A DNA stretch of 51,907 nucleotides from positions 1 to 51,907 of the IMG/VR virus record IMGVR_UViG_3300029319_000077; one strand, 5' to 3'. This stretch comes from a virus (Duplodnaviria; Caudoviricetes). The position numbers and the translations under genes are program-made. Position 1 is the stretch's first letter, and every line of letters starts with the position of its first letter. This document shows positions 44,604 through 51,907 of the stretch, in pieces. Below the pieces are notes generated by a model. The model was not told the origin of the DNA, searched no databases, and saw only the letters and a list, made by a program, of their open reading frames with translations.

Positions 44604-45250
44604 TAACTAACATCTATCCTCAAACTATCGTATCTATATTCATCTCTCTGTAATCGTCCTTCAGAGAGGTTCTTAGCTCTCATTATAGCTTCTTTGAAAC
44701 GGTTTTCAAAATTTGCTACAACGTCAGGTGTTTCTTTTAAAAAGATAGCACCTTCAGCCAAACATCCATACAACAGAGCATCCGAATACTCAGTGGATAA
44801 ATAAGTGGTCCCACTATCAGAACCAGCAGTTAATGAAGTTGGTTTTGCAAGATAATGCAGTTCAACCGTGTAGTTAGAGTCAGGCTTTGGGCCTAACTCA
44901 AAAGTATTTTCATCGAATTGTGAATAATACCTTGGCCTTCCATTTGTAGAAGTATTAGTCACAAATTGTTTTATAAAAGATGGGTGTTTTAATTCCAAGT
45001 AATGATAAGTTGTGCCATCTATTACAGCCAAAGAAAAAGCAGCGTTGTAATCAGAGGGTGTAGATAAAAACCTATTATTTGTTTCAGCCGTGCCCTGTAC
45101 ATTTTTTCTTTGATCAGGAAGTTGTACAAGTTTAAAAATTCTTTCTTCTGACTCTTTTATTATATTATCAAGATTATTTACAAAGGTTGTTTCACTTGAC
45201 TCCAAGTAATCTTGAATTGCAGTTTTTAATGTGCTTAGTGTAAAACTCAT
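44603..45250 (-). CDS. Head-tail adaptor/tail tubular protein
   Basis: LKTAIQDY.E, GRPRYY, P.PD..Y.VELHY and LLYGCL.E motifs. Confidence 0.7.
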   Translation of the reverse strand: MSFTLSTLKTAIQDYLESSETTFVNNLDNIIKESEERIFKLVQLPDQRKNVQGTAETNNRFLSTPSDYNAAFSLAVIDGTTYHYLELKHPSFIKQFVTNTSTNGRPRYYSQFDENTFELGPKPDSNYTVELHYLAKPTSLTAGSDSGTTYLSTEYSDALLYGCLAEGAIFLKETPDVVANFENRFKEAIMRAKNLSEGRLQRDEYRYDSLRIDVS

Positions 45251-45561
45251 GTTGTTATTATAACCGAACCTACTTCGCTAGTTATTTCGTAAGTATCTAA
45301 AAGAGTTGGTATAAGACCATCTCCAAAATTAGTAATTACTTGAAAAGACGTGTTGTCATCTTTTTCTTGTGGCCTTGGATTTTTTAAAGCTTGAGGGTCG
45401 ACAACATTTCGCACTGGCGTCAATTGTGGATGTTTTGCATCCCATTGATCAGGTCCAACCAATAAACCATCCCAGGTTTTTTTCATGTCTTTCAGCCTAT
45501 ATCTGAAGCCAGTAATATCGCATATACCATAGGCTTTTGAGCCTTTTGCGTAACTTGTCAT
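45247..45561 (-). CDS. Conserved neck-region protein
   Basis: CDITGFRY, WDG and KHPQL..DPQAL..PRP motifs. Confidence 0.6.
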   Translation of the reverse strand: MTSYAKGSKAYGICDITGFRYRLKDMKKTWDGLLVGPDQWDAKHPQLTPVRNVVDPQALKNPRPQEKDDNTSFQVITNFGDGLIPTLLDTYEITSEVGSVIITT

Positions 45562-46256
45562 TATGGACTGTTATATTGTGTAAGGTCAGGACTAATTCGA
45601 AAAGAAGCTCTTTCCTCGTCCTGGCTCATGGCCCTATTAAACTCTTCTTCATAAATTTGTTTCAATATGGCTGTTCTATCAGGCGCCTTCTTTAATGATA
45701 TGTGATACGCAAGACCAGCTGCTAAACAGGGATAAAACCTAAAAGGCATTTCAAGAGTATTGGTTGCTTCGTCTGCATCATCCATTCTTGACAATACATT
45801 TAGATATACCGTGTATTCGCTAGATTTGTCAGGAGCAGGATAAACTGTAATTGTTGGGCTTAGTGCCTTGTCAACAAAATATTGATTTGGTTTTCCAGTT
45901 GAGGCTTTATCGGGAACTTGCGAATATTCTGCGCGACTTATTCTTGTTAAAGGTAAATCGACCACTGAGTTATTTACAGTTTGTCTTATGTATGCGTCCA
46001 ATACATCAATAGTTGCCGTAGAGTTTGTTGTGTCTATTGTGTAAGCAGTGGTGTCTTTTACCATTGCTATACTTTTTTCAACAACAGTCCACTGATTAAG
46101 CCCACGATTAGCCCATTCAGCTAAAAGTAAATTCAAACTTCTTGTAGCGGTTTTTAAATCATAACCAGTTCTAAGTTCAAGACCGCACCTTTCAAAAGCT
46201 TCTTCAATAAACTCAACTACATCAGGCTCAAAATTTTTGCTATTGGAGACAGCCAT
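45561..46256 (-). CDS. Head-tail adaptor/tail tubular protein
   Basis: IEEAFERCG, WANRGLN.W and PFRFYPCL.AGLAY motifs. Confidence 0.7.
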   Translation of the reverse strand: MAVSNSKNFEPDVVEFIEEAFERCGLELRTGYDLKTATRSLNLLLAEWANRGLNQWTVVEKSIAMVKDTTAYTIDTTNSTATIDVLDAYIRQTVNNSVVDLPLTRISRAEYSQVPDKASTGKPNQYFVDKALSPTITVYPAPDKSSEYTVYLNVLSRMDDADEATNTLEMPFRFYPCLAAGLAYHISLKKAPDRTAILKQIYEEEFNRAMSQDEERASFRISPDLTQYNSP

Positions 46257-46260
46257 TTAT

Positions 46261-46557
46261 TTATTTGCCGTAAAGACCTTTGCCTTTGTTTTTAGATGGG
46301 CTCATGCTAAAACCAAATTTAAGAGCTTTTTTAGACATAGCTCCGCCGCTCATCATTTTTTTGACGCCAGCTCTACCGCCGCCCATCATTTTCTTCACAC
46401 CTGATCTGCCTCCTGGAACACCGCCAGCGTTCATTTTCTTCATGCCTGATCTACCGCCAGCAGCCATTTTCTTCATACCTGATCTTCCGCCAGGCATACC
46501 ACCAGCAGCCATTTTCTTCATACCAGCTCTACCGCCTTTTTTGTTTTTTTGTTTCAT
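46261..46557 (-). CDS. Basic G/K/M-repeat protein (candidate core/DNA-condensing protein)
   Basis: Five KKMxxGG units; start set at ATG 46557 after a GGAGG RBS. Confidence 0.65.
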   Translation of the reverse strand: MKQKNKKGGRAGMKKMAAGGMPGGRSGMKKMAAGGRSGMKKMNAGGVPGGRSGVKKMMGGGRAGVKKMMSGGAMSKKALKFGFSMSPSKNKGKGLYGK

Positions 46558-47092
46558 TTTGTAAATGCCTCCGTTTTTCAACAAATTCGTAAAAAGTTTC
46601 TTTATCCCAATATTTATAATAGCCTTTTTCTTCTAACTCTTTTGAAGCAATATTGAGCTTATCAAGAGCTTGAATAAAAACCATCAAATATGGTTCATCA
46701 TAAATAGGTTCAAAGTCACTATCTACTATAGTTCCCTTGCTATCATGCTCAATGTGAAAACCCATGGCCCATAAATTTTGTCTGACCAAAAAATGATTGA
46801 GAACCTGAATTCTAGCATCAAAAACTTCACAAGAAGTTTCAAGGTTAAAATCACAATAAATTAAAACATCATTCTTTTTGAAATCTGTTTGATATATGTG
46901 ATCAACCAGGTCATCCCAATCTTCTTCACATCCGCTTTCTATTATAACTCTTTTTTGTTGCCAGGCTTTTTTTGCATAAGGACATACGGGCAAACCGTTG
47001 CAAAGTAAGGTTTTTTTCTCTATTACAGCTTTGGACCAAGCTCTTAATTCGCGGTTTAGTTCTTGTTGTTTTAATATCTTTACATACTTCAC
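46529..47092 (-). CDS. DUF1415-like protein
   Basis: W...V, CPYAK, GFH and PY.M motifs. Confidence 0.5.
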   Translation of the reverse strand: MKYVKILKQQELNRELRAWSKAVIEKKTLLCNGLPVCPYAKKAWQQKRVIIESGCEEDWDDLVDHIYQTDFKKNDVLIYCDFNLETSCEVFDARIQVLNHFLVRQNLWAMGFHIEHDSKGTIVDSDFEPIYDEPYLMVFIQALDKLNIASKELEEKGYYKYWDKETFYEFVEKRRHLQNETKKQKRR

Positions 47093-47352
47093 TTTGATGT
47101 AAAGGTCTTTACATTAGTTGGTTTTCCACCAACACCTTGTTTCACTGACCTCTTTCTCCTTACTGCTGATTTTATCTGAGATTTGGTCATTCTGCTAGCT
47201 TTAGCAGCAGGCACACATTTTGGATAGCCTCTTTTTGATTTTTTTGCACCAGGTCTTCCGCATTTTTTAAAGCCGCCACCTTTTTTTGGAGCCGATATAT
47301 CAACCCAATTTTCATTAAACCATTTAGTAAGGCCACCTTTGGTTTTGGCCAT
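47089..47352 (-). CDS. Small basic conserved phage protein
   Basis: GLTKWFNENWVDI, CGR and YPKCVP motifs. Confidence 0.65.
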   Translation of the reverse strand: MAKTKGGLTKWFNENWVDISAPKKGGGFKKCGRPGAKKSKRGYPKCVPAAKASRMTKSQIKSAVRRKRSVKQGVGGKPTNVKTFTSK

Positions 47353-47696
47353 TATGAAATCCTTGTTTTTTTCCTTTTAGAATTAAGCATAGATCCGCAA
47401 CCTCTACCCTGAACCATTACAGCGCCACCATTTTTCATGTAGCCCATTTTGTTTCTGACTCTTGTCGGAAGCTTGCTAAGACCTTTATTTCCTTTAGGAA
47501 TTGGCTTTAAATTTTTTTTCACGGCTCCTCCGCTTGCTTTTGAACCCTTGTATTTACCACCCATTTTTTTGTATTCCTTAACCATGTAAGCGTTTGCATA
47601 AGCTGATGGGTAAACATCAAACTTTGCTTTTGCTTTACTTTTTGCTTTTTTATACAAACTTGGGTTTGCAACATTTTTTGGTATATTATCTGCCAT
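47352..47696 (-). CDS. Small basic conserved phage protein
   Basis: KFDVYPSAYAN and YK..GG.YK motifs; carries KASGGAV and MKNGGAV. Confidence 0.65.
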   Translation of the reverse strand: MADNIPKNVANPSLYKKAKSKAKAKFDVYPSAYANAYMVKEYKKMGGKYKGSKASGGAVKKNLKPIPKGNKGLSKLPTRVRNKMGYMKNGGAVMVQGRGCGSMLNSKRKKTRIS

Positions 47697-47707
47697 AATT
47701 TATTTTA

Positions 47708-49459
47708 TCACTTTTTTACTGTCCATATTTCTACAAGTTCCTTTATACCCTTCATTGATATAGGTTGCAACTTTATTAAAGGCATGTTTGTTGCTTGTGC
47801 GGTGTTTTTAGCTATTACTATATTTTTGCCAACATCCTTGCAACTACTTTCGCATCTTGCAGCAAGATTAACGTCTGAGCCAATAGCAGTATAATCAAAA
47901 CGTGTATCGCTTCCCATATTACCTATTATCGCTTCTCCTGAGTTTATGCCTATACCTATCTCTATCCCTAGATCGGCTTTCTCCATATCTTCCTGTATTT
48001 TTAATGCTGCTGCTATGGCTCTATTCTCATGTTCAGGCAAATCTATAGGTGCCGAAAAAATTCCCATGCAGGCATCTCCAATAAATTTATCAATCATGCC
48101 GCCATTTTGCTGTATAGCATTTACTTGGATCGTTAATGCCTTGTTCATAATCTTAGTGACTTCTTCAGGCTCTAGTCTTTCTGACAAGGATGTAAAACCA
48201 CGCACATCGGTAAATAGAAAGGTGCAATACTTTCTCTCACCACCTAGTTTCAAAAGTTCAGGATTATCTTGTAATTGTTTGACTTGTCTTGGATCAAGGT
48301 AATGTTCAAACTGTTTTTTGATCTCTCGACGTAATTTATATTGTTTTTGGAAGTTTATATAGTATGCAATGGTCGAAACTAGTATTTCAGATACAAAAGT
48401 CCATGAAAAATCCAATAAAATACCTTTTTGAACGCTAAAAGCTCCTGAGAGGCCCGTGGTGAAGAGCAAAATTGCAACGAGACCTAAACCCTTCCCTATG
48501 CTAAGAAAATTGATTGTGAGCCAAACTGAAGCGACAAAAATTCCCAAAATCAATAATTCTGCCAATAAATGCCAATCAGGTATGTATGGGCTGTCTGCTA
48601 TTAAAATTGACTCAGCTAAAGCCGCTTGTATTTTATGTGCCTCTAACAATCCGACCGGAGTTGCAACTTTTGGATATACTCCTTTTGCTGTTACGCCTAC
48701 AAAAACAAATTTATCCTGGACATTCATTTCGCTTAAAGTTGTTTGTGGTGTATCGACCCAGCTAATCCATTTGCGGCCATAACTATCTGTTTTAACTGGA
48801 GGTATTCCTCTTATTGATATTTCTGATATACCATTATCATTAGTTTTTATAATATAAGTTTGCACACCAAATATAGCTTTATATACTTGTGTGCCAAAAC
48901 TTGGAACCCAGCCATCAGGCGTTTTATATAACAAAGGGATTTGTCTCAGTAAGCTATCGACATCAACAGGAGCTGACACAACACCCTGTTCAGTTGACGC
49001 AGCAATTTTTGGTATGTTTGGAAGGTGTCCTTGTAAATTTATGCCTGGAACATCTTTACCTAAAACCACTGTTCCTGTTGGTGTTGGATATTCCTGGTTT
49101 GCATATTCAAAGGTAGCAACAACGGCCGGCGGGTTGTTTTTAAGAATTGTCGCAAACTTATCATCACCGCCAAACCTATCTTCATCTACAAAACTTAATA
49201 CCCAACCTACGCCTATTGCTCCATTTTGCAAAAGTTGTTCATGTATTTCTGCTAGCCTGTTTCGCGGCAAGGGCCAACCGCCTTCAGATTGTATAAGCTC
49301 TTCTGTTAAATTTAAAACAACAAAATTTCCTGAGGGCGCTGGTTGTTCTATTAAGTAGTCAAATATTTTTAGTTTTAAAACCTGTAAAGGAAAAATTTGT
49401 AAAACAAGCGGTATGGCTAAACAAACATAAAGTAAAAAAGGCAGCGCAAATTTTTTCAC
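47708..49459 (-). CDS. CHASE2-domain membrane class III adenylate cyclase
   Basis: N-terminal TM; periplasmic GGWPLPR, DRFGGD and DVDSLLRQIPL; three TMs; catalytic FTDVRGFT, DKFIGD and YTAIGSDVNLAAR (Lys/Thr pair indicates ATP specificity). Confidence 0.92.
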   Translation of the reverse strand: MKKFALPFLLYVCLAIPLVLQIFPLQVLKLKIFDYLIEQPAPSGNFVVLNLTEELIQSEGGWPLPRNRLAEIHEQLLQNGAIGVGWVLSFVDEDRFGGDDKFATILKNNPPAVVATFEYANQEYPTPTGTVVLGKDVPGINLQGHLPNIPKIAASTEQGVVSAPVDVDSLLRQIPLLYKTPDGWVPSFGTQVYKAIFGVQTYIIKTNDNGISEISIRGIPPVKTDSYGRKWISWVDTPQTTLSEMNVQDKFVFVGVTAKGVYPKVATPVGLLEAHKIQAALAESILIADSPYIPDWHLLAELLILGIFVASVWLTINFLSIGKGLGLVAILLFTTGLSGAFSVQKGILLDFSWTFVSEILVSTIAYYINFQKQYKLRREIKKQFEHYLDPRQVKQLQDNPELLKLGGERKYCTFLFTDVRGFTSLSERLEPEEVTKIMNKALTIQVNAIQQNGGMIDKFIGDACMGIFSAPIDLPEHENRAIAAALKIQEDMEKADLGIEIGIGINSGEAIIGNMGSDTRFDYTAIGSDVNLAARCESSCKDVGKNIVIAKNTAQATNMPLIKLQPISMKGIKELVEIWTVKK

Positions 49460-50553
49460 GAGCCTTGTTTAATTGTTATTGTTGAAGAGGATCCGGAGTT
49501 AATTTGAATTATTTTAGAGACACCATCTTGTATAAAAATTACAGTGTACGCTCCATCGCCATCAACATTTACCTCAGCATAGTGTTGTACATTTCTTATA
49601 AGTTTTACATTGCCTCCTTGTAGTATGGTGGTTATCTGCGTGTCTAAGTCTTGACCCAGTTGCGTCCCCGTTATGTTTATAGATCCTACCATTTGAGATA
49701 ATTCGTCTTGTTCTTCTTGACTGTCAAGAGCGTCAATAGCATCTAACAAGTCTTCGAGAAAATCGCTTGCTAATAAATCAATGTCAAGCTCAGAAAAATT
49801 TATTGACTCGTCTTCAGCAAGTAAATCCTCATCTAAAAAATCAACTTCAAGATCTGCAAAATCAAGATAATTATTTTGTTGTTGTATTTGTTGCTCCTGA
49901 ACTTCTTCTATTTTTTTTGGTGGAGATACAATGAGCATGTTATCTATAAAGTCCAGGGTCAAATCTAACGTAACTGGTTTTGACGGGTTTTGCTCATAAA
50001 CCGTTGTTGTGGTTGCCTGATAAGGTTTATTAAGAACCACTTGACCAGTTGCGGTGGACACAACAATTTCTCCACTAGCTTTACCATCAAGACCTGGTAA
50101 AAGTATTATAAGACTGGCCCCAGTTTCTTCGACAACCGTGCAAGTAAAATCGGTTCCTCTTATAGCTATATCAGCGGTTGGTGTTTTTAAAGATATATTT
50201 TCTTTGTCAAGTTTGTTTATATTGCCGCTTACAAAACGAATAGTCCCGCTAGCAAACTTAAGAGCCATTTTACTCTTTGTTGGGTTTGGGTCGTATATAT
50301 ATTCATCTATAAGCAATTGTGAATTTTCGGTTAATCTAACTATAGACTCGTCCAAAAATGTTATTGCTATTCGACCTTTTCTTGTTCTTACATCATCGTA
50401 AGAATTTATGTCAAAATCTAAAACAGCCGGATACGGTTGATCTCTTAAGATTTGACCGTATCCTTTAAGCTCTGTAATGTCGCCTATATTGTCAGCATGA
50501 AGTGGTAGTACCACCATCATTTTGCACAATACAAATCGTAGAATTGCTCGCAT
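49456..50553 (-). CDS. Secreted/periplasmic FecR-domain protein
   Basis: Signal peptide; D.VRT..G...I.F.D.S...L.ENS and TPTADIAIRGTDF motifs; acidic C-terminal half. Confidence 0.85.
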   Translation of the reverse strand: MRAILRFVLCKMMVVLPLHADNIGDITELKGYGQILRDQPYPAVLDFDINSYDDVRTRKGRIAITFLDESIVRLTENSQLLIDEYIYDPNPTKSKMALKFASGTIRFVSGNINKLDKENISLKTPTADIAIRGTDFTCTVVEETGASLIILLPGLDGKASGEIVVSTATGQVVLNKPYQATTTTVYEQNPSKPVTLDLTLDFIDNMLIVSPPKKIEEVQEQQIQQQNNYLDFADLEVDFLDEDLLAEDESINFSELDIDLLASDFLEDLLDAIDALDSQEEQDELSQMVGSINITGTQLGQDLDTQITTILQGGNVKLIRNVQHYAEVNVDGDGAYTVIFIQDGVSKIIQINSGSSSTITIKQGS

Positions 50554-51211
50554 TTGTTGTAAGTGATAACCAATCTTTTGCTAGTGTTGAAGATTGTGTT
50601 ATATCAATAGTGTTTGAGCTACCATCTAAATCCAAATTAAAATAACCTGAGTCGCTTGAGGTTGTGCCTGCGTATCCGCTACCTGCAAAATTGATAGTGT
50701 TGCTATCACCGAAAATATCTAATATATTTGTAGCATTTTCATAATCAATATCAAAATTTAATGTATTGCTGTCACCATCAATAATCCAGTCAAGATCTAA
50801 ATAGGAAGCATTGTTTGCTTCAGCTATTTCAATATCAAAAGTGTTAAGTCCTCCAGTGACTTCTATATCTAGGTCAGCATAATCTGCTGCATAAACATCA
50901 TTGCTATTTAGTAAAATATCAAAAGTGTTACCGTCACCTTGAAAATCAAACAATCCATTTATGTAATCTGAATTGATACCGTCTGATCTAAAAATATTAT
51001 TAGAACCTATTTGGTTTATTTCGAGCGTCATGTTTAATCCGTCAAGCGAAAGAGCAGTCATTGTGTTTGATACAGCTGAAGTCCCTCCAATTAAGTTTGA
51101 CGATCCGAGCTGTTCTAAATTTATAGTCGCGTTAGATCCACTTTGATCTACATATATTTCGTTATCAGCTACAGCTGAAAGCGATAAAAAAGTTAAAAGT
51201 AATTTTTTCAA
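50492..51211 (-). CDS. Curlin-like repeat protein (CsgA/CsgB-like)
   Basis: Signal peptide and about eight [Q/x]xGxxN beta-solenoid repeats (QLGSSN, QIGSNN, FQGDGN, IDGDSN, IFGDSN, LDGSSN); directly after csgG. Confidence 0.7.
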   Translation of the reverse strand: MKKLLLTFLSLSAVADNEIYVDQSGSNATINLEQLGSSNLIGGTSAVSNTMTALSLDGLNMTLEINQIGSNNIFRSDGINSDYINGLFDFQGDGNTFDILLNSNDVYAADYADLDIEVTGGLNTFDIEIAEANNASYLDLDWIIDGDSNTLNFDIDYENATNILDIFGDSNTINFAGSGYAGTTSSDSGYFNLDLDGSSNTIDITQSSTLAKDWLSLTTNASNSTICIVQNDGGTTTSC

Positions 51212-51907
51212 TTATTCCTCCGTAAATTCCCAAAAACCTTTTTTTTGTCCTTGGTAAATAATATCAACCACCGCAGTTTCTATGGCTGCTTGTAAAGCTA
51301 TAGATTTACTTTCATTCATTACATTTCCACTTTCAAGCTCTACGAGCTGAGTTGAGTCTGCAACAAACCTAAAAAAATCATTAGATAAGCCAACTGATAA
51401 AATGGTTTTACTAGAGAGATTTTCCATTAAAATTTCTCCAGTGCTTACAGATACTATTCTAACAGAAATAGTAACAGAGTCCTCTCGGTATTGTTTTGAG
51501 TTGCCAATCCCTAACGTCCTGGCTCCCAAACCGCCGCTGAGAAGATTTGTATTATAGTCGACGACACCGCCTTCGAAAATAAGGCCAGCAAACAGTAGTG
51601 GCATTTGTTCAGTAGACTCATTAAATTTTTCTCGTGTAGATCTTATTATTTGTCTTTCACGAGTAACATGATCTATGCCACCTCTTTCAACAACTCTAAA
51701 AAATTTGCTTTGCTTAATAGCTCTAATCAAATAAGTTTCGGGAGCTTGTGTTATTGCTGTTGAAAAAGAAGCTACGTTATCTGCGCTTTTTCTTTGTCCT
51801 GTAAGATCGCCAAATTTATAAACAGCGACAACAGGCTTTTGTTTTGCAGTGGGTACATTTTTAATTGCTGAAGTAACCGGCTCGTTTATAAAAGCATTTT
51901 TTGAAAA
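51212..51907 (-). CDS. csgG: Curli secretion lipoprotein CsgG, 3' part
   Basis: Frame open to the window end: VAVYKFGDLTGQRK, FSTAITQ, FRVVER.G, RERQIIR, GG.GAR.LGIG, QYRED.VT and VSTGEI motifs. The joined gene is 280 aa. Confidence 0.9.
   Translation of the reverse strand, partial: FSKNAFINEPVTSAIKNVPTAKQKPVVAVYKFGDLTGQRKSADNVASFSTAITQAPETYLIRAIKQSKFFRVVERGGIDHVTRERQIIRSTREKFNESTEQMPLLFAGLIFEGGVVDYNTNLLSGGLGARTLGIGNSKQYREDSVTISVRIVSVSTGEILMENLSSKTILSVGLSNDFFRFVADSTQLVELESGNVMNESKSIALQAAIETAVVDIIYQGQKKGFWEFTEE
51895..51907. repeat. Terminal overlap, right copy
   Basis: 12/13 match to bases 1-13. Confidence 0.8.

Noticed and set aside
46558-46584. Upstream start (MLKNGG) for the basic repeat protein
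   Set aside because: The GGAGG RBS lies inside this extension and points to ATG 46557.
51212-51730. CsgG as a truncated 172-aa protein (ORF track)
   Set aside because: The frame is open to the window end and continues from base 160 across the junction; the truncation is an artefact of linearisation.
1-51907. tRNA/rRNA genes, introns, inteins, alternative genetic code
   Set aside because: No cloverleaf or rRNA-like segment seen in the few intergenic gaps; core genes are of ordinary length and read through in the standard code. tRNAscan was not run.

Overview
The window is an essentially complete, circularly permuted, AT-rich tailed-phage genome of about 51.9 kb. The first and last 13 nt overlap with one synonymous mismatch, and csgG reads through the junction. 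The virion gene set is podovirus-like and, from memory, resembles abundant marine uvMED/HMO-2011/HTVC023P-type phages. One minus-strand late region runs from 19.8 kb down through the window ends to 34.0 kb. It holds putative injected effectors, tail fibre, lysis genes, TerL, portal, GroES, capsid, tail tube and ejection proteins. The 19.9-34.0 kb early/replication region has a serine recombinase, Toprim-VirE primase/helicase, an iteron-like origin, SSB, RecE-like exonuclease, resolvase, TerS, a 2OG-Fe(II) oxygenase and a HAD nucleotidase. I found no DNA or RNA polymerase. Highlights: (1) a tightly coupled cassette of membrane protein, csgF, csgG, curlin-like repeat protein, FecR-domain protein and CHASE2 adenylate cyclase, which looks like a phage-encoded trans-envelope cAMP signalling system; (2) a RelA/SpoT-like effector whose 3' end hides an antisense, leaderless ORF with its own promoter (candidate antitoxin); (3) a neighbouring ADP-ribosyltransferase-like protein; (4) recurrent [MFY]xxGG and GI[AGTV]SL peptide tags shared by putative head-cargo proteins. 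All family calls come from reading motifs by eye; no searches were run.
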